64,000 bases of DNA from the IMG/VR virus record IMGVR_UViG_3300031993_000033, positions 1-64,000 of that record; one strand, written 5' to 3'. The translations under genes and the position numbers were made by a program. Below the pieces are notes generated by a model, which was given only the letters and a program-made list of their open reading frames with translations, was not told the DNA's origin and made no database searches. The DNA is from a virus (lineage: Duplodnaviria; Caudoviricetes). This document shows, piece by piece, positions 29,932-40,553 of this stretch (position 1 is the stretch's first letter; each line of letters opens with the position of its first letter).

Positions 29932-32679
29932 TTACGCTACATCAAAGGTGTTAACATTTTTATTTCTCGATTTCTTCATACAATTTTTAGCCGCAATTTT
30001 CCTATATTCAGCCTGACACTTCTTGCATCTACATTGCATACTGGTAGCTTTCTTAAATGGTTCACCGCAATCAATACAACGTCCATCTCTTATCCTTTCG
30101 ATAGTGTCCATATTGTTACGAATATTCTCGTAGACAATATCCCCAAAAAGCTCCCAAAACATTTTCTTTTTAGATGTATAATCAGGGCTTTTTCTATCAA
30201 AGATGCTCTTAATAATCATATCCACAATTTCAGATTTGGTGCAGTCGGCAGAGTCGAATATCTTTTTGCGACAATCAGCAATTACCAACTCATAATTAAT
30301 TACATGACCTTCTTCACTCTTTTTGAACTTCATGCTTCTGACTTGCCTGTATGCTGTAATAACTTCATCTAATATCTTAATATTTTTATCACACATCAAC
30401 ATCTCGTAGTTATACATCTTCTTACTATCATAGATGCAATAATTCATTTTTAATCTTGGATATACCTTACGAATAAGATTTACAGGTGAATTGTTTATAG
30501 GTTCTACTTGATGCAACTCCTTGCCTTTAGCAAACTCGAAAAATCGTGGCACTTTTGACTTAGTAAACTTAGGAATGATATTTGCTGGTGTATCACCATA
30601 TGTTGTATCGGTCGCCCCTTGTCTATCAATCATAAACAAAGTTTTGGCGGCGTCGATGCTGAAATTTGATTCACAGCACAACCAACGCACCGCAGCCATA
30701 GCTTCAGGAGATAGTTCCCAATTGCCATTTTCAATAGGAGTGTTCCATATTTTTGTAATGGCATTGCTGTAAATTCCTATCTTGCCGTAACTAAAAGCAG
30801 CTCTCATTCCTTGATATAAACTATCTGGCGTAATAAGCGAAGCGTCGCCTTTCTTCATCTCATAATACATGGGCTTTATATCCTTACAGGCTTCTATTGA
30901 TGCTTTTACCAAAATATCATCATCGGTAACAAATACATGATCTCCATCCCAGTCCTCGGCTCTTATGCGTTGATTAAAGTCATTAAGACTGACATAACAA
31001 GCATTAGTCGTAAACCATTCAGACTGAATGTTGTTTGTGCATATACAATGTTCTCTGTATAAATGAGGACTTCTTAGCACATCTAATTTCTTACCATCAT
31101 CAAATAAATCGCAGCTTACTTCATTAGCCTTTAATAAGCCATCAGGATTCTCTATGCCTAAAAGCCACTTTTGACAAAAGGCATATAAATCAGGAACGGT
31201 AAAAGTGTATTGAGAGTGAAGTTTGAATTTTGCAGACCACAAATCTTTCTCAAGACTATTCTTCAAATCTGAAATCTGTGTTCTTGTATATGAATCTTCT
31301 AACATCTCAGGATAAAGATAGAGACATTTCTGATACCATGAACGACATCTATCAACATCGTTTGCTCCTAAGATTTTTAAGAGTTTTTCTTTATCGGCAT
31401 AATGAGTAACGCTATCATCTTTGCTTCTTCCAAGAGAAAGTATTTCTTCATGATTAACCTTGCCGAGTTCTCTGATATCATCTTCAGTAAGATTTCTCAA
31501 TGTCTGTATCATTTGGTACGATGTAGTTGCCGAGTATTCAGCTTCTTCATCATCTACATTACCAATGCCAGCAACACAGTTATATTTCTTGAAGCGAGTC
31601 TTATAATCGTCCCAACTATCATATATCTTCCACATCTTGAACTGAGATTTGGTAAAAACTATATTTATATTATCTTTTATCAAATCCCATTTCTTGCCAT
31701 ATATATCAGTGACGATAGAAGAACAATCATGTTCCTCTATAAATTTCAAGTAATCAAACGGACAACAAAGCCCTTTAAAAAACGGCATACGAATTACAAA
31801 GTTTTCGGAACTTACCGATGGCAACACCATGCCACAACCATCATTCATTTCAAGAGCAAACGAGTTAGTCTTTCTCGTTATTTGATAAGTTTGATAGTCT
31901 ATATAGTCCGCCTCTCCAACAACATCTTTTTGTAAATCGTCAACAACGATAGCTCTGTCTATGTCAAAATCTGTAAAGGGCGTTGTTCCAGAATTGCAAA
32001 GTGACATATAACTGAGCACCTTGTTAATGTTGAAACCACCCTTGCGATTTATCTCGTCAAAAGACAGCCCCGCCATTAAAGTATTCCATCTATCTTCAGT
32101 CAAAGCATCTTCTCTTACGCAAACAATCTTATGCTGCCGTATCTGCCCCGCCGAAGCCGTAAAGAATTTGTACTTATAACCTTGATACATAAAACCGTTC
32201 TTTATCAATGAATACATGATGTCATAATAGCAAATGGTCACAATGCAAACCTCCGGATTAAACTGATCTACGCCAGCTTTTAAACCCAATGTTCTTGCTA
32301 AATTCCCATCTGGTACAGTAACTCGTTTAGTTAATCCAACCTCTCCATACTTATTGAGAACAGAATCTTCTCGCAAAGAACGTATTATGTCTTTGTTACT
32401 TTCAATCTCAACTCGTAGGTTATCTTTTAGCCCTTTAATTTTTTCTCTATAAGCTTTCTTAATCTCTACATTTTCTTCGTCCCATAAAGATATGTCCGCA
32501 GAATTTAACAGAGTAATTATTCCACTTTCATCTTCTTGATATTTAGGAGTCGGTCTATTTTTTAAGAACTTACTAAGCTGCTCCTCTGTTTCGCGAATAG
32601 AATCATTAATTTCTTTTTCTTTATCGGTATAGAAAGATTCTGTTCCTACGCCAAATACATAGAACAATCTGTTTTTCAA
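29932..32679 (-). CDS. yonO: Single-subunit two-barrel RNA polymerase, YonO family
   Basis: FTASAGQIR, NDGCG, RMPFFKG, RSPH, catalytic DWDGD, IDAAKT; C-terminal zinc ribbon. Confidence 0.85.
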   Translation of the reverse strand: MKNRLFYVFGVGTESFYTDKEKEINDSIRETEEQLSKFLKNRPTPKYQEDESGIITLLNSADISLWDEENVEIKKAYREKIKGLKDNLRVEIESNKDIIRSLREDSVLNKYGEVGLTKRVTVPDGNLARTLGLKAGVDQFNPEVCIVTICYYDIMYSLIKNGFMYQGYKYKFFTASAGQIRQHKIVCVREDALTEDRWNTLMAGLSFDEINRKGGFNINKVLSYMSLCNSGTTPFTDFDIDRAIVVDDLQKDVVGEADYIDYQTYQITRKTNSFALEMNDGCGMVLPSVSSENFVIRMPFFKGLCCPFDYLKFIEEHDCSSIVTDIYGKKWDLIKDNINIVFTKSQFKMWKIYDSWDDYKTRFKKYNCVAGIGNVDDEEAEYSATTSYQMIQTLRNLTEDDIRELGKVNHEEILSLGRSKDDSVTHYADKEKLLKILGANDVDRCRSWYQKCLYLYPEMLEDSYTRTQISDLKNSLEKDLWSAKFKLHSQYTFTVPDLYAFCQKWLLGIENPDGLLKANEVSCDLFDDGKKLDVLRSPHLYREHCICTNNIQSEWFTTNACYVSLNDFNQRIRAEDWDGDHVFVTDDDILVKASIEACKDIKPMYYEMKKGDASLITPDSLYQGMRAAFSYGKIGIYSNAITKIWNTPIENGNWELSPEAMAAVRWLCCESNFSIDAAKTLFMIDRQGATDTTYGDTPANIIPKFTKSKVPRFFEFAKGKELHQVEPINNSPVNLIRKVYPRLKMNYCIYDSKKMYNYEMLMCDKNIKILDEVITAYRQVRSMKFKKSEEGHVINYELVIADCRKKIFDSADCTKSEIVDMIIKSIFDRKSPDYTSKKKMFWELFGDIVYENIRNNMDTIERIRDGRCIDCGEPFKKATSMQCRCKKCQAEYRKIAAKNCMKKSRNKNVNTFDVA

Positions 32680-33641
32680 ACCATTTCCTCCTCACTTGAT
32701 AATTCACGCGATTTATTATAAGACCATTCGCCAAAATATTTTTCTTCACCCGCCTTACGAGCTGCAATGGCATCTTCTATATTTTCATAAGAGCCAAGAT
32801 AATAACATTTCTTTTTCCCGTTCTTAGCATTAATCCCACAAGCAATTTGTGCCACCCACAATTGTCTCGACTTATTCCAATACACGCCTTTATATCCAGA
32901 TGTATTAGTAATAGGTTTCTGTGTGTTTCTCATATTTTCTGCTTTAGTGGCTATTCTAAGGTTACTACGTCGATTATCAAATTTAGTAGAGCTACCATGT
33001 TTATGATCTACGTCCATATCATCAGGACAATCCATAATATAACGATGAAGCATAACTATTCTATTATCCCCAGCATTGCCTGTTAAATACCCTGCACCAT
33101 TTTTGCTCCAACAAATATTTTTGACTTTTCCAAAATCCTCAATATCAACAAGAAAAGGTTCATTCTTTGTGGTGTACATGATTACATATTTGTCATTAAT
33201 CACATAATCATTATATTTTTTGTGAGCGTCACCCATTTTCTTTAAAAATTCCTCAGATTTCTTATAACAACCACAACTGGTAGATTCACCGATAATTAAA
33301 GAATAGTTGTCCACTTCTTTTTCTTTACCGCATTTACATCTACACCTACAAACATTATCGGAATAAGAGTCATCAATTACCGTCCAGTAATTAAATGTTG
33401 CTCCAACATAAATTTTATCTCTATTAGGATATTTACATCTAAAACAATAGCATCTTTTCTCATTATGACCAATAAGATTTGTCGCCCTTGTAGTATGTTT
33501 AGTCTCTCCATGTTTGCATTTATAAATGAAATCAATATCATATAAAGAACCTCGATACTCACTAACAATCTCAATACTATCTCCGTATTTTTCATTAATT
33601 CGACGCATAAATTCATCATGACTCATTGCTTTGCCAGCCAC
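32676..33641 (-). CDS. HNH-AP2 homing endonuclease
   Basis: CxCKCG, SCGC, LHRYI..VDH..DNRRSNLR..N, NTSGYKGV AP2. Confidence 0.85.
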   Translation of the reverse strand: MAGKAMSHDEFMRRINEKYGDSIEIVSEYRGSLYDIDFIYKCKHGETKHTTRATNLIGHNEKRCYCFRCKYPNRDKIYVGATFNYWTVIDDSYSDNVCRCRCKCGKEKEVDNYSLIIGESTSCGCYKKSEEFLKKMGDAHKKYNDYVINDKYVIMYTTKNEPFLVDIEDFGKVKNICWSKNGAGYLTGNAGDNRIVMLHRYIMDCPDDMDVDHKHGSSTKFDNRRSNLRIATKAENMRNTQKPITNTSGYKGVYWNKSRQLWVAQIACGINAKNGKKKCYYLGSYENIEDAIAARKAGEEKYFGEWSYNKSRELSSEEEMV

Positions 33642-33701
33642 GCTCTCATCACTCCCTTATCGTTAATTTGTTGCTTTGCTTGCACAAAATAATAGCGAGT
33701 C

Positions 33702-33998
33702 TTAGTACCCCTTGCACATTTCCCGAAGATTTTTCTCCACCCGTTCCAATTCCCCAATATAATCCCTGATAGTCTGTATCTGCCCGTCAGCGATTTTCTC
33801 TCTTATCAGTATCTCCGCCAGTCTCCGCAGCATCGCCGTTACTGTTTTGAAGTAGCCAACTTCCTCTCTCTTCTCAACCACTTCACCAGTAGGCTTGCGA
33901 GTCTTGAAATCTTGCTTCTCGCGCATATATGTATGCACAAGAATGTACTGATTTTCGTCAGCCGTAAACGACCAACCGTCCATAATTATTACGTCCAT
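33702..33998 (-). CDS. Hypothetical protein
   Basis: ATG after AAGGAGG. Confidence 0.65.
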   Translation of the reverse strand: MDVIIMDGWSFTADENQYILVHTYMREKQDFKTRKPTGEVVEKREEVGYFKTVTAMLRRLAEILIREKIADGQIQTIRDYIGELERVEKNLREMCKGY

Positions 33999-34098
33999 CT
34001 TATCCTCCTTTGATTTCAACGGCAAATTAATGCAAATTTGCCACGCTAATTTTTATAGTATAATTTGACCTTGAAATAATTAGAACGCAAAATACACG

Positions 34099-34272
34099 TT
34101 AGTTTATCGTTATTTCTCCGTTCTTTAGCTTCTCCAAAAATGTCAACGCCTGTTCCTCACTGATTTTCATAAGACAATCCTTATGGTAATAGTCCATAAG
34201 TGCTAATAGAGCGTTTGTTTTCTCCCTGTCGGTACTATAATTCTTAATCTCATTTGTTGTATAACTTGTCAT
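34099..34272 (-). CDS. Hypothetical protein, 57 aa, not in ORF track
   Basis: MTSYTTNEIKNY...; overlaps upstream stop. Confidence 0.5.
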   Translation of the reverse strand: MTSYTTNEIKNYSTDREKTNALLALMDYYHKDCLMKISEEQALTFLEKLKNGEITIN

Positions 34273-34553
34273 CGCTTATCATCCTTTCCGTAAAAGTCGC
34301 ATTTGTTTCTATCTCCCTTACAAGAACAAGGTTCTTTTTCTTTCGTTCCTGTGCAGGTGTCGTATGTTTCTAAAAACCAATGTCCCTTTTGCCAACACTT
34401 GCATTTTTGCCGACTTAGCCATTTTGTCGCCATCTCGTCATCTATATGAGACAAATCATTGTCCTCGATGCCGTAATATGCCAGTATGTCCTTGAATGCA
34501 GATCCGTGTTTATCGCCACAGTCCATAACTTTCATCAACATCTCAAACTTCAT
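34269..34553 (-). CDS. Hypothetical protein, Cys-rich C-terminus
   Basis: ORF track. Confidence 0.55.
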   Translation of the reverse strand: MKFEMLMKVMDCGDKHGSAFKDILAYYGIEDNDLSHIDDEMATKWLSRQKCKCWQKGHWFLETYDTCTGTKEKEPCSCKGDRNKCDFYGKDDKR

Positions 34554-34848
34554 ACCAATCACCTTCGCAAATATTGACGTGAGGTCTGCCAATTAGTTCT
34601 TCCAAGCGCAGATGAGCGGGGAAGGCAAGAGGAACATTGCACTCTCCAATTTTACCAAGCCAGAGAATTAATTCTTTCTTATAGGCATCACGTTGCCTCT
34701 CCAAATCCGACATCTCTTTTGCTGTTTCCTGTGCCATTGTGTCAACGCCTTTCAAATAACCCTCTCGGAATGCTTCTTCTTTTGCCTGTTTTATGAACGC
34801 CACTATTTCAGGCTCGGTCATAAATTTTCCATCAATCCACATTAACAC
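34543..34848 (-). CDS. Hypothetical protein
   Basis: ORF track, coupled. Confidence 0.55.
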   Translation of the reverse strand: MLMWIDGKFMTEPEIVAFIKQAKEEAFREGYLKGVDTMAQETAKEMSDLERQRDAYKKELILWLGKIGECNVPLAFPAHLRLEELIGRPHVNICEGDWYEV

Positions 34849-35072
34849 TCACCTCCGGTCTGCGAATTGTACTCCGAAGCCAAGTGTTGCTCTCTGACAA
34901 CAATATAAACGCCATCTCGTAAAACTGCAAAAGCAACAGAACTTCTATTATCGTGATTTATTGCAACTATCATATCGTCCTCTGTCTTGATTTCGTCTAT
35001 CCCATAGCTTTTACACAATCCAGCTAAATCAGATAGAAAGCCTCTGTGCGCTTCTCTCAAAGTTTCTTTCAT
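34842..35072 (-). CDS. Hypothetical protein
   Basis: ORF track. Confidence 0.55.
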   Translation of the reverse strand: MKETLREAHRGFLSDLAGLCKSYGIDEIKTEDDMIVAINHDNRSSVAFAVLRDGVYIVVREQHLASEYNSQTGGEC

Positions 35073-35076
35073 ATTA

Positions 35077-35256
35077 TCACCTACTTAAAAAACTTTCTAT
35101 ATTAGCACCACCTAAGAACATCATCAAAGAACCCCAAATAATCCAAAACGTTATTTGTGATTTGTCATTTTTATTGGTAGCATCAAATCTGCTCCATAAT
35201 ATATTTACAGATAAACCTGAAATAACTTGAATAATACCAAGTATCATACATCTCAT
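35077..35256 (-). CDS. Small membrane protein, 59 aa, not in ORF track
   Basis: AAGGAGG RBS; two hydrophobic segments. Confidence 0.5.
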   Translation of the reverse strand: MRCMILGIIQVISGLSVNILWSRFDATNKNDKSQITFWIIWGSLMMFLGGANIESFLSR

Positions 35257-35271
35257 TATTATTATTCCTCC

Positions 35272-35745
35272 TTAATCAAATAATATCTCATACATCACGC
35301 TGTCGTGATACTTGCCACCGAAATAATTACAGTCGTGCATATACCCTACAATTCCGCCACCGTAACGTTTTATCAGTCTCTCGTATATTTTATTTGCATG
35401 ATCGTTGTCTGCCACAGCCCACCACTCAGCTCTATGCAGTCCTTCGGAAATGAGCTTGTCAATGTGGCGTATGCAGTCCACCATGAGTGCTCCGCCTTTG
35501 CCAGTAAATGATATGAGTCCAAACTGACTAAGAGACCTTGCAACCTCGTTATAATGATACGAGAAATAACCATCCACTTCTCCATTTTTATCCAGATGAA
35601 CGAAGTCTCTGCGCCAATCGGTGTTGTCTGGCACTGTAAACTCCCGATAATCGCCGAGAAAATAGTAATCATATTCTGGCTTATACCAACAACCGATCAG
35701 CTTGCGTTTTAGTTCCTCTTTATATAACTGCGCTGGGTAAAGCAT
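35272..35745 (-). CDS. GNAT-fold-like protein
   Basis: N..A.KIYERL..YGG..VG..H..GKYHD..MYEI pattern of RimJ/RimL-like GNATs. Confidence 0.55.
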   Translation of the reverse strand: MLYPAQLYKEELKRKLIGCWYKPEYDYYFLGDYREFTVPDNTDWRRDFVHLDKNGEVDGYFSYHYNEVARSLSQFGLISFTGKGGALMVDCIRHIDKLISEGLHRAEWWAVADNDHANKIYERLIKRYGGGIVGYMHDCNYFGGKYHDSVMYEILFD

Positions 35746-35963
35746 TTAGTTCCACTCCTTCTGATATTCGTACCACGACTGACAACCCTGATAGGTGTCG
35801 TAAGCATCGTAGTCGCTCTGTATGTTATCCGTGTACACATCGGTACACGGCTCTGTTAGAGTCTGTCTGTAAGCCATATAATCATCCACTGTTTTCACCA
35901 CCTTATTTATAATTTGTTGCTTTGCGAGGGGACAGAAAAAGATTATCCCCTCTTTTCAATTAC

Positions 35964-35992
35964 ATTATAACATTAATTATTTACTTTGTCAA
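35964..35992 (-). promoter_or_regulatory. Sigma-A promoter
   Basis: TTGACA-17bp-TATAAT, TG extension. Confidence 0.8.
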
Positions 35993-37830
35993 GAGTTTTT
36001 TGAAATTTTTTCTACAGTATCTCCCATAACCTCTAAAAAGGGGCTTTCCTCACTGCGTCCATCTTGAACAAAGAATAGATTGTCTTTGGCTCTGGTAGCA
36101 GCCACATACAGAATATGAATTTCTTCATAAATGTTGTCATTGCGCTTATGCGGGAACAAGCCGTCATTAAATCCTGCAACAACCACAGTTTTCCATTCTA
36201 ATCCTTTGGCTTTGTGGACGGTACTCAATGCAACACCACCTTCATCGGTAGCATTGATGAAGTCAATATAATTTTTGGCAAATTCACGTATATCATTATA
36301 CTCCCTTGCTTCTTCTACCATAGACTCTATGTTGTCCATAGCATCTAAGTATGCGTCCTCATTACCTTTGTTTTGATCTTTAACGGCTTTCGCTATATTC
36401 ATCTTCTTAATAAGGCTTCTCAAAGCAGTTGCAGCATTTTTATATTTATAATCTCGTATATGTTCTACACCCTCCACAAAATCAATTATATTGCCATAGC
36501 ACCTATCTTTTGGATATACTGCATACATCGCCGCATCAAAGAGTGAAAGCTTGCGCCTTCTTGCTTTTTCTTCAATCTTATTGAGAGTTGCCTTGCCGAT
36601 ATAGCGTAAGGGAGTGTTAATTACCTTTAAGAAAGCCTTATCATCGTTGGTATCAACAACCAACTTTAAATATTCGCACATGAGCTTGATTTCTCTGGGG
36701 ATTCCGTCTTTACCATTAAAATAACATGGTATCTTGTGTTTATAAAGGCTACTCTTTAAACTTAACAAAACGGAGTTGGTACGAGCTAAGACAGCGATTT
36801 CACTCCAATCGCCAACTACATCTTTCTGCTCCATAAGAATTTTGGGGACGTACTTATATCCATTCATTATTACAGGCTTAACCCCACCCTTGCGGGCTGC
36901 AATAGCATCCATATAATTTTCATCCTCTGCTTCTTCGGTTATGCTTGCAATTCTGTTTGACGTTTCCACAATAGCTTCGGAGCAACGATAGTTTATAGGT
37001 AAGTGAATTACATTCAAATTGTCAAAATCTTTATGCGACCTTAAAAGGTATCTTGAATCTCCGCCTTTAAAACTATAAATGTTCTGTAAACCATCACCCA
37101 CCATAAAAATGTTGCACTTAGCTGCCATGAGTTTAACAAACTCATACTGATCTCCCGACAAATCTTGACACTCGTCGATAAAGATATAATCATACTTATT
37201 CTGTACGTAATCTTTCAAATCTTCGTTTGTCTTTAGGAGGTTAGTGGCTTTCCAACACATCATATCATAACTAATAAAATTGTGAGATTCCATGTAGTTG
37301 AGATAGTCTCTATATATCTTATCGAGGTATTTATCCTCAAAATAATCCTCAAAACCCTTGATATGCTTTGAGTTTTTACAGAGCCTTAAACCAACATATC
37401 TTAGCATTGCTTCTGGGAAGTCGTCATTATGGCTATTTGACTCCATGTCATATTTATGAACAATGGGCGTCATTATATCAATCAGCCCGTACTTTTCGGT
37501 TTTGCCTGTATGATAATCTACCTTGCTATATTTTTCAGTAATGACAGTGGGGGACAACCCCGAATGAGTTACGCAACCTAACGCCGCAGAATGAATAGTG
37601 CTCACCACAACTGATTTGAGAGAAATATCCTTATCTACCAATCTCGACTTCATATTGTCTACCGCTGGCTTACTAAAGGCAATGCATAATATTCTATTAG
37701 GCGGAACAACTTTTGAGAGCCTATAAACCCTATCTACCAAAACAGTGGTTTTACCTGAACCTGCCGTAGCAATGCAAGCGGCACTGCTATCACAGTTAAT
37801 TGCATCTAATTGATACTGATTAAACTCCAT
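35989..37830 (-). CDS. UvrD/PcrA-family SF1 helicase
   Basis: AGSGKT, IDECQD, VGDGLQNIYSF, NYR, ARTN, STVHKAKGLEW, YVAATRA. Confidence 0.92.
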   Translation of the reverse strand: MEFNQYQLDAINCDSSAACIATAGSGKTTVLVDRVYRLSKVVPPNRILCIAFSKPAVDNMKSRLVDKDISLKSVVVSTIHSAALGCVTHSGLSPTVITEKYSKVDYHTGKTEKYGLIDIMTPIVHKYDMESNSHNDDFPEAMLRYVGLRLCKNSKHIKGFEDYFEDKYLDKIYRDYLNYMESHNFISYDMMCWKATNLLKTNEDLKDYVQNKYDYIFIDECQDLSGDQYEFVKLMAAKCNIFMVGDGLQNIYSFKGGDSRYLLRSHKDFDNLNVIHLPINYRCSEAIVETSNRIASITEEAEDENYMDAIAARKGGVKPVIMNGYKYVPKILMEQKDVVGDWSEIAVLARTNSVLLSLKSSLYKHKIPCYFNGKDGIPREIKLMCEYLKLVVDTNDDKAFLKVINTPLRYIGKATLNKIEEKARRRKLSLFDAAMYAVYPKDRCYGNIIDFVEGVEHIRDYKYKNAATALRSLIKKMNIAKAVKDQNKGNEDAYLDAMDNIESMVEEAREYNDIREFAKNYIDFINATDEGGVALSTVHKAKGLEWKTVVVAGFNDGLFPHKRNDNIYEEIHILYVAATRAKDNLFFVQDGRSEESPFLEVMGDTVEKISKNS

Positions 37831-38878
37831 GATTTTTTTCCTCCACTTCTATAAGTTTATATTTACCGTCTTTGTTTAGTTCTTCTATCTCATCCATCTT
37901 GGCTAACAGCCTCTTGCCAATACTAAAATTGCCAATGCAGATTTTTGAAAGAAACTCATAAGCCATTAAATAATCAGCTTCTTCAAAATTCATGTTTGGA
38001 TTCTCAATTCTCTTAACGGCATTATCATACACACTTTCCCGCAGTTCCTTGCCAAGCCCCATTACTAATCTATCATAGCTCATAAACTCATTTCTGTAAA
38101 GACGACACTGCTTTTCATTAACAATATAAATCTCATAAATGGGAAACACATTCATCACATTACAAGAGCCAAGCTTTTCATGATAGTATCTATCCCACTC
38201 TCCTGACTTACTACTAAACCGTCTATCCCTGTCTGTCTTAACACCAGTCATTTCATCTGCATACTTTAATGCTTCTGTGTAGATTTTCATATCTTCATCG
38301 GTGGCAATTGTGGTTTTGCCCGATACATTAAATCCCTCCCCGTTAGGAGTTGCCTTGCACCAATAGAATACATAGTTTTTCTTATATACCACCAGATTCA
38401 TCTTAGTCAAGTAGTCTAACGTCTGTCGTATATAGTAATTAATCTTGCCTGTAACATGGTCAAAGTAATCATAGAGTAAACTTATTTGTAACTCCAACAC
38501 ATCAGAAGTTGTGTGCAGATCTTTATTCATTATCGAATAATAACGATTTACCATATCAATGCTATGAGCCAAAGACATCATGCCGAGAATAATCTTACCG
38601 TCCTTTGACTTATCTAAAATATGTTGCATCACCAAAGGACACGTATATTTATACAGCCCCTTTGTAGTCTTGATATAATCTGGTGTCAGTGGAACTTTTT
38701 TAAAATTCGTCAACTTATACTCGCCACCACCCACAGGAACAACCGTACAATACTGCGACGCTCTTTCCATCACTCGCTTCTTATTGTAACCAGATAGTTT
38801 ACCATCGGTTTCAAACTTCTTAATTTGAGCTTCAGTCCCATATCTTTGAACTAACTCTAATTCTGAAATTTTTTCCAT
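37820..38878 (-). CDS. Hypothetical protein
   Basis: About 352 aa from ATG after GAGGG. Confidence 0.65.
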   Translation of the reverse strand: MEKISELELVQRYGTEAQIKKFETDGKLSGYNKKRVMERASQYCTVVPVGGGEYKLTNFKKVPLTPDYIKTTKGLYKYTCPLVMQHILDKSKDGKIILGMMSLAHSIDMVNRYYSIMNKDLHTTSDVLELQISLLYDYFDHVTGKINYYIRQTLDYLTKMNLVVYKKNYVFYWCKATPNGEGFNVSGKTTIATDEDMKIYTEALKYADEMTGVKTDRDRRFSSKSGEWDRYYHEKLGSCNVMNVFPIYEIYIVNEKQCRLYRNEFMSYDRLVMGLGKELRESVYDNAVKRIENPNMNFEEADYLMAYEFLSKICIGNFSIGKRLLAKMDEIEELNKDGKYKLIEVEEKNHGV

Positions 38879-39154
38879 TAAATCCCTCACTTTTCTGTTA
38901 AACTTTAAAATTTTTGAGCATTTTTTAATTGACATTTTTACCGATATATCGTCATTTGCAAACATTATCGTAGCACCAAACACCACAGTTATTTAGTTTA
39001 CATATACTGAGGTACTTTGTGCTACACACATTTCTCATGAACGCCTATAATTAGCCAAAACACCACCTCATTTTTTATTTGTTTTTTTAGAAGTTATTTC
39101 TAATTTCTTTCTCTGCCAGTGCAGAACTATCCCCACTCTTTTCTTCCCAATCCC

Positions 39155-39183
39155 ATTATAACACTAATTTCTTACTTTGTCAA
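39155..39183 (-). promoter_or_regulatory. Sigma-A promoter for leftward operon
   Basis: TTGACA-17bp-TATAAT, TG extension. Confidence 0.8.
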
Positions 39184-39712
39184 GCCCCTAAAAGAAAAAA
39201 GTTGTCCCTACTGTAATAGTAGCCATGACTTCTTCGGTAGCCCATAATAAAAAAAATAATTCTTTTTCTCCTAAAGGTCGCCCCAACTCGTTCTGTAACG
39301 GCAAGAATCAGAGTTGCCACCACCAAAGAAAAAGTCCGCAAAACTCCCCATTCGTCCCAAAGCCCCATATTTCGCAGAGAAGTGGGGATTTTGGTTGGTT
39401 TTGGTCTAAAAATGCTGGGATTCGCATTATCTCTAAAAGGCTATTTACGGGGTTTTGTCCGAAATTGGTGACGATGAAAAGTGACAGTTTTTGTCGGAGG
39501 GTATGAAAATATTCATATGACTGTGATTGAACACCTTATCCCTATCGCTGCGCTGAATCCGGTATCCTAAATGTAAAATATCCCCACGGATTATACATCC
39601 AGTAAACGGCTATAAACAGCTAAAAAATCAAACAATTGAATTGTCCAAATGCAATTGTTTAAAATCTTATTTTATTAATATCTCTTTAATGGTTACAAGC
39701 TCCTAAAAAAAA

Positions 39713-39752
39713 TGAGAATCATTCTCATATTTGAATTTGAGAATCGTTCTCA
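39713..39752. promoter_or_regulatory. Two tandem Fur-family-like boxes
   Basis: TGAGAAT-C-ATTCTCA and TGAGAAT-C-GTTCTCA, 7-1-7 palindromes similar to TGATAATnATTATCA. Confidence 0.5.
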
Positions 39753-40347
39753 TTTTGTTCGCTATATGCACAAAAGTATACAAAGGTGAATTTTTGTATA
39801 CTATGTATTATAATTTTTAATAGTATTAACTATCATAGTCAATCCATTTTACACTAAACGCCAAAAAATATACTATTGTGCAATATGCACAACTTTCCAC
39901 AACTAAAGCGCGACTTTCAACAGCCTTGAAACGTCGATATATAGCCACAAAACAGTAAAATGCGCTGTAATGCCGTTTGTAACATATGGGTAATATAATA
40001 TCATTGCTTTTTGAAGAACGTCAAAAAAGAGTATTTTGGAGCGTCTGGGAGTGTGCGAGATCAGCGTATTTGATTAACGATTTTTACTTAGAGGCGGAGG
40101 ATGCAATTTGTAGTAAATAAGTTAATAATTAAAAATGATATGATATTATGAAAATAAATTTAACAAAATATCCGTACTGGCTGCGATAAAAAGTAAAATA
40201 TATAACAAACTGTTGGCTCCGATCTGGATGTATGTTAGAATTAACTAACAAATTGCTTCTGTATATATAATGTATTATAAAGGCAGCATATAATTAACAA
40301 ATAATATTTATTCACAAAACAAATACAAAACATTCATAAAATATTCA

Positions 40348-40376
40348 TTGACATTATTCTAATTATGTGGTATTAT
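40348..40376 (+). promoter_or_regulatory. Sigma-A early promoter
   Basis: TTGACA-17bp-TATTAT, TG extension. Confidence 0.75.
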
Positions 40377-40471
40377 ATAATCACAGAAACGAAAACAACA
40401 CAAAAAGCTAAACGATGAAGGTTTAGCAAATATCACAAAAAACTGAATATAAAGTTTGTACAAAATGACTA

Positions 40472-40500
40472 TTGACAAACATTCAGATATGTGATATACT
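40472..40500 (+). promoter_or_regulatory. Sigma-A early promoter
   Basis: TTGACA-17bp-TATACT, TG extension. Confidence 0.75.
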
Positions 40501-40553
40501 AAAGATACAGTAAAACAAAGTCAATCAAACAATAATTTTAAGGAGGCTTTTAT

